From Macrostomum lignano (lineage: Eukaryota): 64,000 nucleotides of DNA. The translations under genes were made by a program, and so were the position numbers. Each line of letters starts with the position of its first letter. Positions within the stretch are counted from its first letter, which is position 1. The stretch lies in the NCBI GenBank assembly GCA_002269645.1, contig NIVC01001758.1:62001-126000 (forward strand), in the 5' to 3' direction. This document shows, one piece after another, positions 39,215 to 52,018 of the stretch. The notes beneath the pieces are model-generated. The model had not been told where the DNA came from and did no database searches. It was given only the letters and a program-made list of their open reading frames with translations.

Positions 39215-40917
39215 ATGTCGCCTCATTTGGCCGACGAATCGCCAGCAGCCGCATTCAGGCCCGTCTGGTTGAACTATGGCGGCCTGGCGTTCTGCACCTC
39301 GCTGCTGCAGAATGTCTTCCTGCTGTACCACGTGGACGCTTATGTGAACGTGTTCCAGGTGGACAAGGTGGGCAAAGCTAGAGCAAGGGAGTGCGGTTGA
39401 GAGACGCGGAGAGGGGGCCTGCGTCACAGGCAGGAATGAGAGCAATAGAGACAGGAATAAGAGACACAGAGACAGGAATAAGAGACACAGAGACAGGAAT
39501 AAGAGACACAGAGACAGGAATAAGAGACACAGAGACAGGAATAAGAGACACAGAGACAGGAATAAGAGACACAGAGACAGGAATAAGAGACACAGAGACA
39601 GGAATAAGAGACACAGAGACAGGAATAAGAGACACAGAGACAGGAATGAGAGACACAGAGACAGGAATGAGAGACCCACAGACAGGAATGAGAGACACAG
39701 AGACAGGAATGAGAGCCATAGAGACAGGAATGAGAGACACAGAGACAGGAATAAGAGACACAGAGACAGGAATAAGAGACACAGAGACAGGAATAAGAGA
39801 CACAGAGACAGGAATGAGAGACACAGAGACAGGAATGAGAGACCCACAGACAGGAATGAGAGACACAGAGACAGGAATGAGAGCCATAGAGACAGGAATG
39901 AGAGCCATAGAGACAGGAATCAGAGACAGGAATGAGAGACACAGAGACAGGAATGAGAGCCATAGAGACAGGAATAAGAGACACAGAGACAGGAATAAGA
40001 GACACAGAGACAAGAACAAAAGACACAGACAAGAACGAAAGACACAGACAAGAACGAAAGACACAGACAGGAATGAAAGACACAGACAGGAATGAAAGAC
40101 ACAGACAGGAATGAGAGACAGAGACAGGAATGAGAGACACAGACAGTAATGAAAGACACAGACAGGAATGAGAGACACAAAGACAGTAATGAGAGACACA
40201 GACAGGAATGAGAGACACAGACAGTAATGAAAGACACAGACAGGAATGAGAGACAAAGACAGTAATGAGAGACACAGACAGTAATGAAAGACACAGACAG
40301 GAATGAGAGACACAAAGACAGTAATGAGAGACACAGACAGTAATGAAAGACACAGACAGGAATGAGAGACACAAAGACAGTAATGAGAGACACAAAGACA
40401 GTAATGAGAGACACAGACAGGAATGAGAGACAAAGACAGTAATGAAAGACACAGACAGTAATGAGAGACACAAAGACAGTAATGAGAGACACAGACAGTA
40501 ATGAGAGACACAAAGACAGTAATGAGAGACACAGACAGGAATGAGAGACACAAAGACGAATGCGAGACAGTCGGGGACTCACAAATTCTTAGAGCCTGTC
40601 CCAACCTCTCTATCGCACAGGCGTCATTCTGGCTGGCTGAGCTGCTATTTCTAGTGTGGAACTCCGTCAATGACTACGTGTTCGGCTGGCTGAGCGACGG
40701 CGGCACCCTGGCGGGTCGGCGGGCCGGCCGTATCGTTGAACGCCGGCTGCGCCTGCTGGCCAGATTTGGGCCGCTATTGGCCTTGAGTTTCGCTCTGATG
40801 TGGCTGCGCTGGCTGCCCGGCTGGCCCGCTGTGCAGTTCCTTGTCTGCCTCTGCCTGTACGATGCCTGCCTCACCGCTGTTGAGGTTGGTTGGCTTCCTG
40901 TGTTTTGGCTGGGCCTC

Positions 40918-40962
<45 letters not shown>

Positions 40963-41015
40963 ATGTTTGTCTGTCTGTATTAGTGTCTGTCTGTCTGTCT
41001 GTCTGTCTGTATTAG

Positions 41016-41080
<65 letters not shown>

Positions 41081-42752
41081 TTCTATGGTGTCCATTGCCC
41101 ATTGATGCAGTGTCGCTCCAGTCCCAACCCTAGCTAGCTACTATCAGTAGTTCAACCCCCACCCGAATTCCCCAGGTGCACTTCACCGCCCTGCAGGCGG
41201 ACCTGACTCTGCGCCAGTCGGAGCGGCACCGGCTCAGCCTGGGCGCCAGCCTTGGCAGCGGCGCCGCCTCGGGCTCGGTGTTCGTCAGCTACCTGGTGTG
41301 GGACCGCGCCCGCCTGCTGCCATTCCGCCTGTTCACCACCTTCTTGGCCTGCGTGGCGCTGGCTGGCTACCTGCTGTTCAGTCGGGGCATTCGCCGAGCT
41401 CACGCGGCCTGCTCCGCGGCCTCTGACGAAGTAGATCCAAGCGAAGCCCAAGAGATGCCAAGCAAGCCTCTGTGCAGCCAGCTGCGCTCCTTCTCCGGTC
41501 AATTATTCTCGCACAAGAATTTTGTCTACTTCTGCTGCACCCAACTGTTGCAAGTGTTTCATTGTCATTTCAATTCCAATTTCTTTCCTTTGTTTCTGCT
41601 ATTGCTGAGCAGCGAGCAGTCCTCGACTGAGTACTCCGCTTCGACTGTATCGCTGATTGGTTCGGCTGTGCTGGCCGTCTCTTTTGTTCTGCCGCATCTC
41701 AACAACGTGGCCTTCCTTCGGCTGTGCGACTCCTACGGAGCCTACGCAGTTGTCAGGGGCCTGCTGCTGGCTAAGGCTCTGTCTGGACTGTTTGTCCTCA
41801 CCGCCCTGCCTACTGGCACTCTGCCGCTGGCTTGCCTGTTGCTTAGCAACCGGGTGTTCACCGAAGGCGTCTGCAAATTGTTGAATCTTGTGGTAAGACT
41901 TGCTTTTGTTTCATTATTTAATTAAATTATTTATTTAAGACTATCACATAGTTTCCAGATGCTATCACACGGTGCCCAGATCCTATCACACAGTGCCCAG
42001 ATCCTATCACACAACCCCCATTACCTTTCACACAACCCCCATAGCCTGCCACACAACCCCCATAGCCTGCCACACAACACCCATAGCCTGTCACAAAACC
42101 CCAATCGTCTTTCACACAACCCTCATAGCCTATCACACAACCCCAATCGCCTGTCACACAACCCCAATCACCTGTCACACAACCCCAATCGCCTGTCACA
42201 CAACCCCAATCGCCTGTCACACAACCCCAATCACCTGTCACACAGCCCCAATCGCCTGTCACACAACCCCAATCGCCTGTCACACAACCCCAATCACCTG
42301 TCACACAGCCCCAATCACCTGTCACACAACCCCAACCGCCTGTCACACAACCCCAACCGCCTGTCACCAAATCGCAGGTGTCGGACCTGGTAGACGAGGA
42401 TTACGCAATGCACCGCCGCTCCGAGCCAATCAGCGCCCTCATATTCGGGTCCACAGCCCTGCTCAGCAAACCCGGCCAGACCCTCGCCCCGCTGCTCGGC
42501 ACCGCCCTATTCTCGCATTTCGTCGGCCGGGACCTCCTTGGTGCGGACCGACCTCTGGCCGCCGGAGCGGCCCCGCTCGATTCGGCCGCACGCCTCGGCT
42601 GCCTCCGCGTGCTCGGCTGGGTGCCGCTTGCCTGCGGCTGCGTGCAATTGGCGCTGTGGACCCGCTTCAGCCTGCACGGAGATCGGCAGCGTCGAGTCAA
42701 GGAGCTGTGCTACCGACTGCGGGCTGGGGCTGCCGCACTGCGCTTTGTGTGA
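39215..42752 (+). CDS. MFSD13A: MFS-like transmembrane protein MFSD13A/TMEM180 ortholog (about 502 aa); exons 39215-39367, 40621-40884, 41176-41892, 42378-42752
   Basis: Family motifs LLQNVFLLYHVD, FLVWNSVNDYVFGWLSD, QFLVCLCLYD, HCHFNSNFFPLF, NRVFTEGVCKLL, DLVDED and KPGQTLAPLLGT; all three introns are GT-AG, phase 0 and keep the frame. The start codon is uncertain. Confidence 0.9.
39432..40552. repeat. 21-bp (GAGACACAGAGACAGGAATAA) grading into about 20-bp variants; MFSD13A intron 1
   Basis: Direct inspection. Confidence 0.95.
40915..41080. repeat. (TGTC)n microsatellite in MFSD13A intron 2
   Basis: Direct inspection. Confidence 0.95.
41950..42368. repeat. 21-bp minisatellite CACACAACCCCAATCGCCTGT in MFSD13A intron 3
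   Basis: Direct inspection. Confidence 0.94.
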
Positions 42753-42769
42753 CTTTGCCTGAAGTTGCG

Positions 42770-44022
42770 GGTGGTAGAGCATCTCGTGAAATCCCTAAAA
42801 GCTGCAGGTAGCATCTCGTGAAATCCCTAAAAACTGCAGGTAGCATCTCGTGAAATCCCTAAAGCTGCAGGTAGCATCTCGTGAAATCCCTAAAAACTGC
42901 AGGTAGCATCTCGTGAAATCCCTAAAAACTGCAGGTAGCATCTCGTGAAATCCCTAAAAACTGCAGGTAGCATCTCGTGAAATCCCTAAAAACTGCAGGT
43001 AGCATCTCGTGAAATCCCTAAAAACTGCAGGTAGCATCTCGTGAAATCCCTAAAAACTGCAGGTAGCATCTCGTGAAATCCCTAAAAACTGCAGGTAGCA
43101 TCTCGTGAAATCCCTAAAACTGCAGGTAGCATCTCGTGAAATCCCTAAAAGCTGCAGGTAGCATCTCGTGAAATCCCTAAAAACTGCAGGTAGCATCTCG
43201 TGAAATCCCTAAAACTGCAGGTAGCATCTCGTGAAATCCCTAAAAACTGCAGGTAGCATCTCGTGAAATCCCTAAAAGCTGCAGGTAGCATCTCGTGAAA
43301 TCCCTAAAAACTGCAGGTAGCATCTCGTGAAATCCCTAAAAACTGCAGGTAGCATCTCGTGAAATCCCTAAAACTGCAGGTAGCATCTCGTGAAATCCCT
43401 AAAAACTGCAGGTAGCATCTCGTGAAATCCCTAAAAACTGCAGGTAGCATCTCGTGAAATCCCTAAAAGCTGCAGGTAGCATCTCGTGAAATCCCTAAAA
43501 ACTGCAGGTAGCATCTCGTGAAATCCCTAAAAACTGCAGGTAGCATCTCGTGAAATCCCTAAAACTGCGGGTAGCATCTCGTGAAATCCCTAAAAGCTGC
43601 AGGTAGCATCTCGTGAAATCCCTAAAAACTGCAGGTAGCATCTCGTGAAATCCCTAAAACTGCAGGTAGCATCTCGTGAAATCCCTAAAAACTGCAGGTA
43701 GCATCTCGTGAAATCCCTAAAAACTGCAGGTAGCATCTCGTGAAATCCCTAAAAACTGCAGGTAGCATCTCGTGAAATCCCTAAAAACTGCAGGTAGCAT
43801 CTCGTGAAATCCCTAAAAACTGCAGGTAGCATCTCGTGAAATCCCTAAAAACTGCAGGTAGCATCTCGTGAAATCCCTAAAAACTGCAGGTAGCATCTCG
43901 TGAAATCCCTAAAAACTGCAGGTAGCATCTCGTGAAATCCCTAAAAACTGCAGGTAGCATCTCGTGAAATCCCTAAAAACTACAGGGAGCATCTCGTGAA
44001 ATCCCTAAAACTGCAGGTAGCA
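42770..44022. repeat. 32-bp highly homogeneous minisatellite ATCTCGTGAAATCCCTAAAAACTGCAGGTAGC just 3-prime of the MFSD13A stop
   Basis: About 39 units. Confidence 0.98.
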
Positions 44023-44651
44023 TTGATCTCATTACACATGCAAGTCATTGATTTGGGCAATTTATATTTCAATAATATCTATACGTCATTCTGTTAGTCT
44101 GAAAAAAACATTAACGTGTGTAAATCGATATGCATGGCAGTTTCAATTCGCGGACCTACATAATTTCACAAGATTTTAGAATTATTTTTTATAAGTTCTA
44201 ATCTGCTCTTATCAAGTGCTATGCTTTCCTTTGCAGTGGCTGGTGGTGTTTCAAAGTGGCGGCGGCTGTACTTTCTGTTTAGTATTAAATCGATCACAAC
44301 CCTGTTACAGATTCGCATAATGCTTATTATTTCTTCTGGAATCGAAGCCTAGTACAAATATATATTGATTGTTATGTGCCACAATTTGCCTTTTTGTTTT
44401 GAATGAATTGGGTCATTTTGCGAACGATCTGGTAGAATATTTAACAGCGAATCAATCTATCTCTGCTCTGCCTGTTTACTGTTTTATAAAACTGGTTCTG
44501 TTGTTTTACTTTGTTTCATTTTGTGATTGATTGTTTTTATTTCTTTAAATAAAGGTGCATAGTACTAGCTAAAGTGAGTTCAAGGTTATAATGTTAATGT
44601 ACTTTGTTCAGTTCTATATTTCGCAGTGCATTTTAGGGTATTGACAATCGT

Positions 44652-47152
44652 AGAAATTCCCCACACTGATTGAATTGATGGAAATTCCCCACACTGATTG
44701 AATTGATGGAAATTCCCCACACTGATTGAATTGATGGAAATTCCCCACACTGATTGAATTGATGGAAATTCCCCACACTGATTGAATTGATGGAAATTCC
44801 CCACACTGATTGAATTGATGGAAATTCCCCACACTGATTGAATTGATGGAAATTCCCCACACTGATTGAATTGATGGAAATTCCCCACACTGATTGAATT
44901 GATGGAAATTCCCCACACTGATTGAATTGATGGGAATTCCCCACACTGATTGAATTGATGGAAATTCCCCAAACTGATTGAATTGATGGGAATTCCCCAC
45001 ACTGATTGAATTGATGGGAATTCCCCACACTGATTGAATTGATGGAAATTCCCCAAACTGATTGAATTGATAGGAATTCCCCACACTGATTGAATTGATG
45101 GAAATTCCCCAAACTGATTGAATTGATGGGAATTCCCCACACTGATTGAATTGATGGGAATTACCCACACTGATTGAATTGATGGGAATTACCCACACTG
45201 ATTGAGTTGATGGGAATTCCCCACACTGATTGAATTGATGGGAATTCCCCACACTGATTGAATTGATGGAAATTCCCCAAACTGATTGAATTGATGGAAA
45301 TTCCCCACACTGATTGAATTGATGGGAATTACCCACACTGATTGAATTGATGGGAATTACCCACACTGATTGAGTTGATGGGAATTCCCCACACTGATTG
45401 AATTGATGGGAATTACCCACACTGATTGAGTTGATGGGAATTACCCACACTGATTGAGTTGATGGGAATTACCCACACTGATTGAATTGATGGGAATTCC
45501 CCACACTGATTGAATTGATGGGAATTACCCACACTGATTGAATTGATGAGAATTACCCACACTGATTGAGTTGATGGGAATTACCCACACTGATTGAGTT
45601 GATGGGAATTACCCACACTGATTGAGTTGATGGGAATTACCCACACTGATTGAGTTGATGGAAATTCCCCAAACTGATTGAGTTGATGGGAATTCCCCAC
45701 ACTGATTGAATTGATGGAAATTCCTCAAACTAATTGAGTTGATGGAAATTTCCCAAACTGATTGAGTTCATGGGAATTCCCCACACTGATTGAGTTCATG
45801 GGAATTCCCCACACTGATTGAGTTGATGGAAATTCCTCAAACTAATTGAGTTGATGGAAATTCCCCAAACTGATTGAGTTCATGGGAATTCCTCAAACTA
45901 ATTGAGTTGATGGAAATTCCCCAAACTGATTGAGTTCATGGGAATTCCCCACACTGATTGAGTTGATGGAAATTCCTCAAACTAATTGAGTTGATGGAAA
46001 TTCCCCAAACTGATTGAGTTGATGGGAATTACCCACACTGATTGAGTTGATGGGAATTACCCACACTGATTGAGTTGATGGAAATTCCTCAAACTAATTG
46101 AGTTGATGGAAATTCCCCAAACTGATTGAGTTCATGGGAATTCCCCACACTGATTGAGTTGATGGAAATTCCTCAAACTAATTGAGTTGATGGAAATTCC
46201 CCAAACTGATTGAGTTCATGGGAATTCCCCACACTGATTGAGTTGATGGAAATTCCTCAAACTAATTGAGTTGATGGAAATTCCCCACACTGATTGAGTT
46301 GATGGAAATTCCTCAAACTAATTGAGTTGATGGAAATTCCCCAAACTGATTGAGTTCATGGGAATTCCCCACACTGATTGAGTTGATGGAAATTCCTCAA
46401 ACTAATTGAGTTGATGGAAATTCCTCAAACTAATTGAGTTGATGGAAATTCCCCACACTGATTGAGTTGATGGAAATTCCTCAAACTAATTGAGTTGATG
46501 GAAATTCCTCAAACTAATTGAGTTGATGGAAATTCCCCACACTGATTGAGTTCATGGGAATTCCCCACACTGGTTGAGTTCATGGGAATTCCCCACACTG
46601 ATTGAGTTGATGGAAATTCCTCAAACTAATTGAGTTGATGGAAATTCCTCAAACTAATTGAGTTGATGGAAATTCCCCACACTGATTGAGTTGATGGAAA
46701 TTCCTCAAACTAATTGAGTTGATGGAAATTCCTCAAACTAATTGAGTTGATGGAAATTCCTCAAACTAATTGAGTTGATGGAAATTCCTCAAACTAATTG
46801 AGTTGATGGAAATTCCCCACACTGATTGAGTTGATGGAAATTCCTCAAACTAATTGAGTTGATGGAAATTCCTCAAACTAATTGAGTTGATGGAAATTCC
46901 TCAAACTAATTGAGTTGATGGAAATTCCCCACACTGATTGAGTTCATGGGAATTCCCCACACTGGTTGAGTTCATGGGAATTCCCCACACTGATTGAATT
47001 GATGGAAATTCCCCAGTGATTGAGTTGATGGAAATTCCCCAAACTGATTGAGTTGATGGAAATTCCCCAGTGATTGAGTTGATGGAAATTCCCCAAACTG
47101 ATTGAGTTGATGTGAATTCCCCACACTGATTGAATTGATGGGAATTCCCCAA
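44652..47152. repeat. 28-bp minisatellite AATTCCCCACACTGATTGAATTGATGGA
   Basis: Roughly 90 units; ends just before the TTTCCGCAG acceptor (47173) of the TIR gene. Confidence 0.97.
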
Positions 47153-47186
47153 TTTTATTTGCGCTTTCCGCAGCTGAATTGGTGCC

Positions 47187-50100
47187 ATGTTTTCCTCAAG
47201 CGAGGCAAACAAAAGCAAGCCAAGCGGCGATGCAGGCCAAAGCGGCGAGCCAAAGCCAGACGAGCAAAAGAAGACTGATGAGCAGCAGCAGCAGCAACAA
47301 CAAGAGCAGCAACAAGAGCAGCAACAAGAGCAACAAAAGCAGAAGACATCCGAAGAAGAGTCAGTCAGAGTTCAAACAGATGAAGAGTATCAAACATTCC
47401 TAACCAAGGTCATCAATAATTACGGCAATTTTCTAACTAACTTTGAGAAGTACATGACCTCTCACACGCCTGAACAGGCCACGGCTCAGCCTAGGCCCCT
47501 AATTGAGTACCTGTCTTGGCTGTACGAGTTCTATGGCCAGATGGGCAAATTCAAGATGACGGAGAAGCAGCTGACTGGCTACAGAGAGAAGGCTGGAGCA
47601 AAACTTGCCGAATTCCAAGGTCTGATTGACAGCTTGTCCAGGTGCGCGGTCTACCTATTCCAGCAGCATCGTGATGACGCTTTCGTTAGCCAATCAGCCG
47701 AAGATGAGACCAAATTTGAGCACGAGAGAATCTATGCGACATTGATACTGGGGAATTTTCATAATTACACGGACTGCAGCGTATCATTCTGTGTTACTTT
47801 ATCGAAGTCTGAATTCTTCTTCACAGAGATGGTCATCCCGGCTCTGGTGGGTTGGTACGATAAGCAGGACCAGGAGCTGGCTAAAGCTACTGTCAATAGC
47901 CTGCTAGGCCTGACCTACAACATGTTCTTTAAGAATAACTCTGAGATTTATGACGTCCTGTCCCGGGTTGGCGTGGTCGATTCTGTCAAACCGTATTTGA
48001 AAAGTTCCGACGTTGAATTGCAAGTTCACGCGCTAATATTGATTGCGTTCGCTTTGGACGAGAGTCAGGTGAGGTCTTTGTGGACTGGTCTTTGTATGTT
48101 GTCCATGGTCTTGATTTATCACTATCAAGAATAGGCACTATTGATCACTGTGCTATTGATTGAGGTAGGTGAGGTAGGGGCGGATTGAGGGTAGGGTGGA
48201 TTGAAGTAGGGGCGGATTGAGGTAGATAGGGGCGGATTGAGATAGGGGCCGATTGAGGTAGATAGGGGCGGATTGAGGTAGGGGCGGATTGAGGTAGATG
48301 CGGATTGAGGTAGGGGCCGATTGAGGTAGATAGGGGCGGATTGAGGTAGATAGGGGCGGATTGAGGTAGGTGCGGATTGAGGTAGGGTGGATTGAAGTAG
48401 GGGCGGATTGAGGTAGGTGCGGATTGAGGTAGAAGCGGATTGAGGTAGGTGCGGATTGAGGTAGGGTGGATTGAAGTAGGGGCGGATTGAGGTAAGTGTG
48501 GATTGAGGTAGGGTGGATTGAAGTAGGGGCGGATTGAGGTAGGGTGGATTGAAGTAGGGGCGGATTGAGGTAGGTGCGGATTGAGGTAGGGTGGATTGAA
48601 GTAGGGGCGGATTGAGGTAGGTGCGGATTGAGGTAGAAGCGGATTGAGGTAGGGTGGATTGAAGTAGGTGCGGATTGAGGTAGGGTGGATTGAAGTAGGG
48701 GCGGATTGAGGTAGGTGCGGATTGAGGTAGGGTGGATTGAAGTAGGGGCGGATTGAGGTAAGTGTGGATTGAGGTAGGGTGGATTGAAGTAGGGGCGGAT
48801 TGAGGTAGGTGCGGATTGAGGTAGGGGCGGATTGAGGTAGGTGCGGATTGAGGTAGGTGCGGATTGAAGTAGGGGCGGATTGAGGTAGGTGCGGATTGAG
48901 GTAGGTGCGGATTGAAGTAGGGGCGGATTGAGGTAGGTGCGGATTGAGGTAGGTGCGGATTGAAGTAGGGGCGGATTGAGGTAGGTGCGGATTGAGGTAG
49001 GTGCTGATTGTATAATAAAAGTTTATTATAAAATTTATAAGCGCATTGAACTGTTGATAGCGCTAAGATTCGCAGGGATTTAGATCAATGGTATGATTAT
49101 TGCAGGCCGATCTGTACCTTGGCGCCAAAGAAGTGATGGAATTCCTGGTTGGCCACCTGGCCGATTCAATCAGCCGACCGGACCGCCGTTCCAAAGGCTA
49201 TCACACAATTGAACTGGCCCAGTGCGTCAACCGCTTAGCACTGAACGATGTCAATAAGACTCTGCTAATGGAGACGGATCTGCTCCCGGCTCTGCTTAGA
49301 ATGTGCAGCGGCGGTCGGGAAGACGAAGTAGCAGCCGGTTTAGACATTCTGTTCACCTTGAGCTTCCTGCCGGCCAACCGGGAGAGAATTCTGGCCGAGT
49401 TTGGCGACTGTCTGAGAGTCCTCATGGCCGACCAGACACAGCGGCAGGATGGGCGCGGACGGTGGCGAGAGGCCCGGTCGCTGCAGGTACGTTTTTTGAT
49501 GTCCGTGAATGTGTTTATTAGTTGCTAGATGTGTTTATTGGTGTCTAGATGTGTTCATTCGTTGTTAGATATGTTTATTGGTTGCTAGATGTGTTTATTG
49601 GTTGCTACATGTAGATTTGTTTATTGGTTTCTAGATGTATTTATTGATTGCTAGATGTGTTAATATTGCTAGATGTGTTAATATATTGCTAGATGTGTTT
49701 ATTGACTGCTAGATGTGTTTATTGATTGCTAGATGTGTTTATTGATTGCTAGATGTGTTTATTGATTGCTAGATGTGTTAATGTGTTGCTAGATGTGTTA
49801 ATGTGTTGCTAGATGTGTTTATCAGTTTTTAGATGTGTTTATTGGTTTTTAGATGTGTTTATTGGTTTCTAGATGTGTTTATTGGCTGCTAGATGTGTTT
49901 ATTGATTGCTAGATGCGTTTATTGATTGTTAGATGTGTTTATTGGTTGCTAGATGTGTTTATTGGGTGCTAGATGTGTTTATTGGGTGCTAGATGTGTTT
50001 ATTGGGTGCTATATGTGTTTATTGGTTGCTAGATGTGTTTATTGGGTGCTAGATGTGTTTATTGGCTGCTAGATGTGTTTATTGGTTGCTAGATGTGTTT

Positions 50101-52018
50101 ATTGGTTGCTAGGTGTGTTTATTGGGTGCTAGATGTGTTTATTGGGTGCTAGATGTGTTTATTGGCTGCTAGATGTGTTTATTGGGTGCTAGATGTGTTT
50201 ATTGGCTGCTAGATGTGTTTATTGGTTGCTAGGTGTGTTTATTGGGTGCTAGATGTGTTTATTGGGTGCTAGATGTGTTTATTGGCTGCTAGATGTGTTT
50301 ATTGGGTGCTAGATGTGTTTAATGTGATGCTAGATCATCATAATCAGCAGCAGTTTTCCCGAAAACGGCAGGGCCTGGACTTCAACCTGGACGAGCAGCT
50401 GTCGAATCCCACTGCGGCCTCCCGAGGCAGCGGCGACTCGAAGCCTGGCCAGTCGGCCGCCTCACACCGTCCGCAGACGGCGCGCCAATTGAGGCGTCGG
50501 GCGACCTCAACTGACCCCGAGACTGTGCCGGCCTGCGTGCTGCAAGGCGAGCACGTCATGATCAGCTATCAGCACGAGTGCAAGGCCACAGTGGCTCGGA
50601 TCAAGGAAGCGCTAGCTAAGGCTGGCATTCGGGTGAGCCGATCTTTAGCGCTGTGAGATTAATGGGAACGAGCACAGTGAGCCCCTCACTAGCACCCCAT
50701 TGGCACCCCTCACTAGCACCCCATTGGCACCCCTCACTAGCACCCCTCACTAGCACCCCTCACTAGCACCCCTCACTAGCACCCCTCACTAGCACCCCTC
50801 ACTAGCACCCCTCACTAGCACCCCTCACTAGCACCCCATTGGCATCCCTCACTAGCACCCCATTGGCACCCTCACTAGCACCCCTCACCAGCACCCCTCT
50901 CTAGCACCCCTCACTAGCACCCCTCACTAGCACCCCTCACTAGCACCCCATTGGCACCCTCACTAGCACCCCTCACCAGCACCCCTCACTAGCACCCCTC
51001 ACTAGCACCCCTCACTAGCACCCCTCACTAGCACCCCTCACTAGCACCCCTCACTAGCACCCCTCACTAGCACCCCTCACTAGCACCCCTCACTAGCACC
51101 CCTCACTAACACCCCTCACTAGCACCCCTCACTAGCACCCCTCACTAGAACCCCTCACTAACACCCCTCACTAGTACCCCTCACTAGCACCCTCACTAGC
51201 ACCCTCAATGTTATATGTACATTCCATTCACCTGACAGGTGTGGATAGACTACGAGCGCATGGGCGAAGGCTCCACTCTCAGCGCAATGGCGGACGCTGT
51301 TGAGTGCTCCTACGCCGTACTGATGTGCATGAGTCGCAAGTACAAAGATTCCAATAACTGTCGAGTTGAAGCCGAATACGCCTGGCGGCTAGGCAAGAAA
51401 GTAGTGCCTCTACTGCTGGAACAGAAGTACAAGCCAACCGGCTGGCTTGGCCTGATGCTTGGCGCCAATTTGTATTACGATTTCTCCGGTAAATATTCGT
51501 TCGATGTTAAAATCAACGAACTGTTACGGGTGCTGTCCGAGGCCAGAGCGGCGTCCAAGATTGTGCACGAGCCGGCGGAGGCCGCCGCCGCCGCCGCCGC
51601 TTCGTCGTCAGTTGGCGCAGCTGCTCCGGTGAAGGCCGCGTCTGCTCGGCCAGTTGGCGCCAGCCGGCCTTCGTCGGCTGCTTCGCTGGGCAGCACCGGC
51701 CGAGAGTACCAGTTTCCGTCGGCTTATCCGACTTTGCCGCCGATATCGGCGTCTTCAACAGCCGGAGGCGCCGGCTCGAGAACGCCCGGCCTGCGCTCCT
51801 GGTCGGCTGACGAGACACAGCGCTGGGCAGAGGAGCGCAGCCTGAATTTGGCAGCTGCCGCCGCGTCTGCTGGCAAATTGGCTGGCGAAGAGATGCACTT
51901 TCTATGCGGCTGCAAGCGGAGCGCGCCAGAAGCTTTCTACAGACTGTTGGACAAGTTTTTCGTATTCGAATCGCTGCACGATTTGGCTGCTTTTGCCAAC
52001 GCGCTGGACGATTTGTGA
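47187..52018 (+). CDS. ARM-like repeat plus TIR_2 plus SAM-like cytosolic protein (about 767 aa); exons 47187-48068, 49106-49486, 50372-50632, 51239-52018
   Basis: GCCATG start after a CAG acceptor; helical ARM-like segments; TIR motifs HVMISYQ...RVWIDYERM...AMADAVECS...MCMSRKYKDSNNCRVEAEYAW...VVPLLLE...GWLG...LYYDFS; C-terminal WSADETQRW...FANALDDL. Phase-0 GT-AG introns; the exon-3 acceptor is the least certain. Confidence 0.85.
48158..49005. repeat. 16-bp G-rich minisatellite GGATTGAGGTAGGGGC in TIR gene intron 1
   Basis: About 50 units. Confidence 0.96.
49520..50330. repeat. 20-bp minisatellite TAGATGTGTTTATTGGTTGC in TIR gene intron 2
   Basis: About 40 units. Confidence 0.96.
50678..51207. 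repeat. 13-bp minisatellite CACTAGCACCCCT in TIR gene intron 3
   Basis: About 40 units. Confidence 0.96.

Noticed and set aside
39089-40670. Long minus-strand hydrophobic ORFs resembling membrane proteins
   Set aside because: Antisense translation of the MFSD13A intron-1 repeat.
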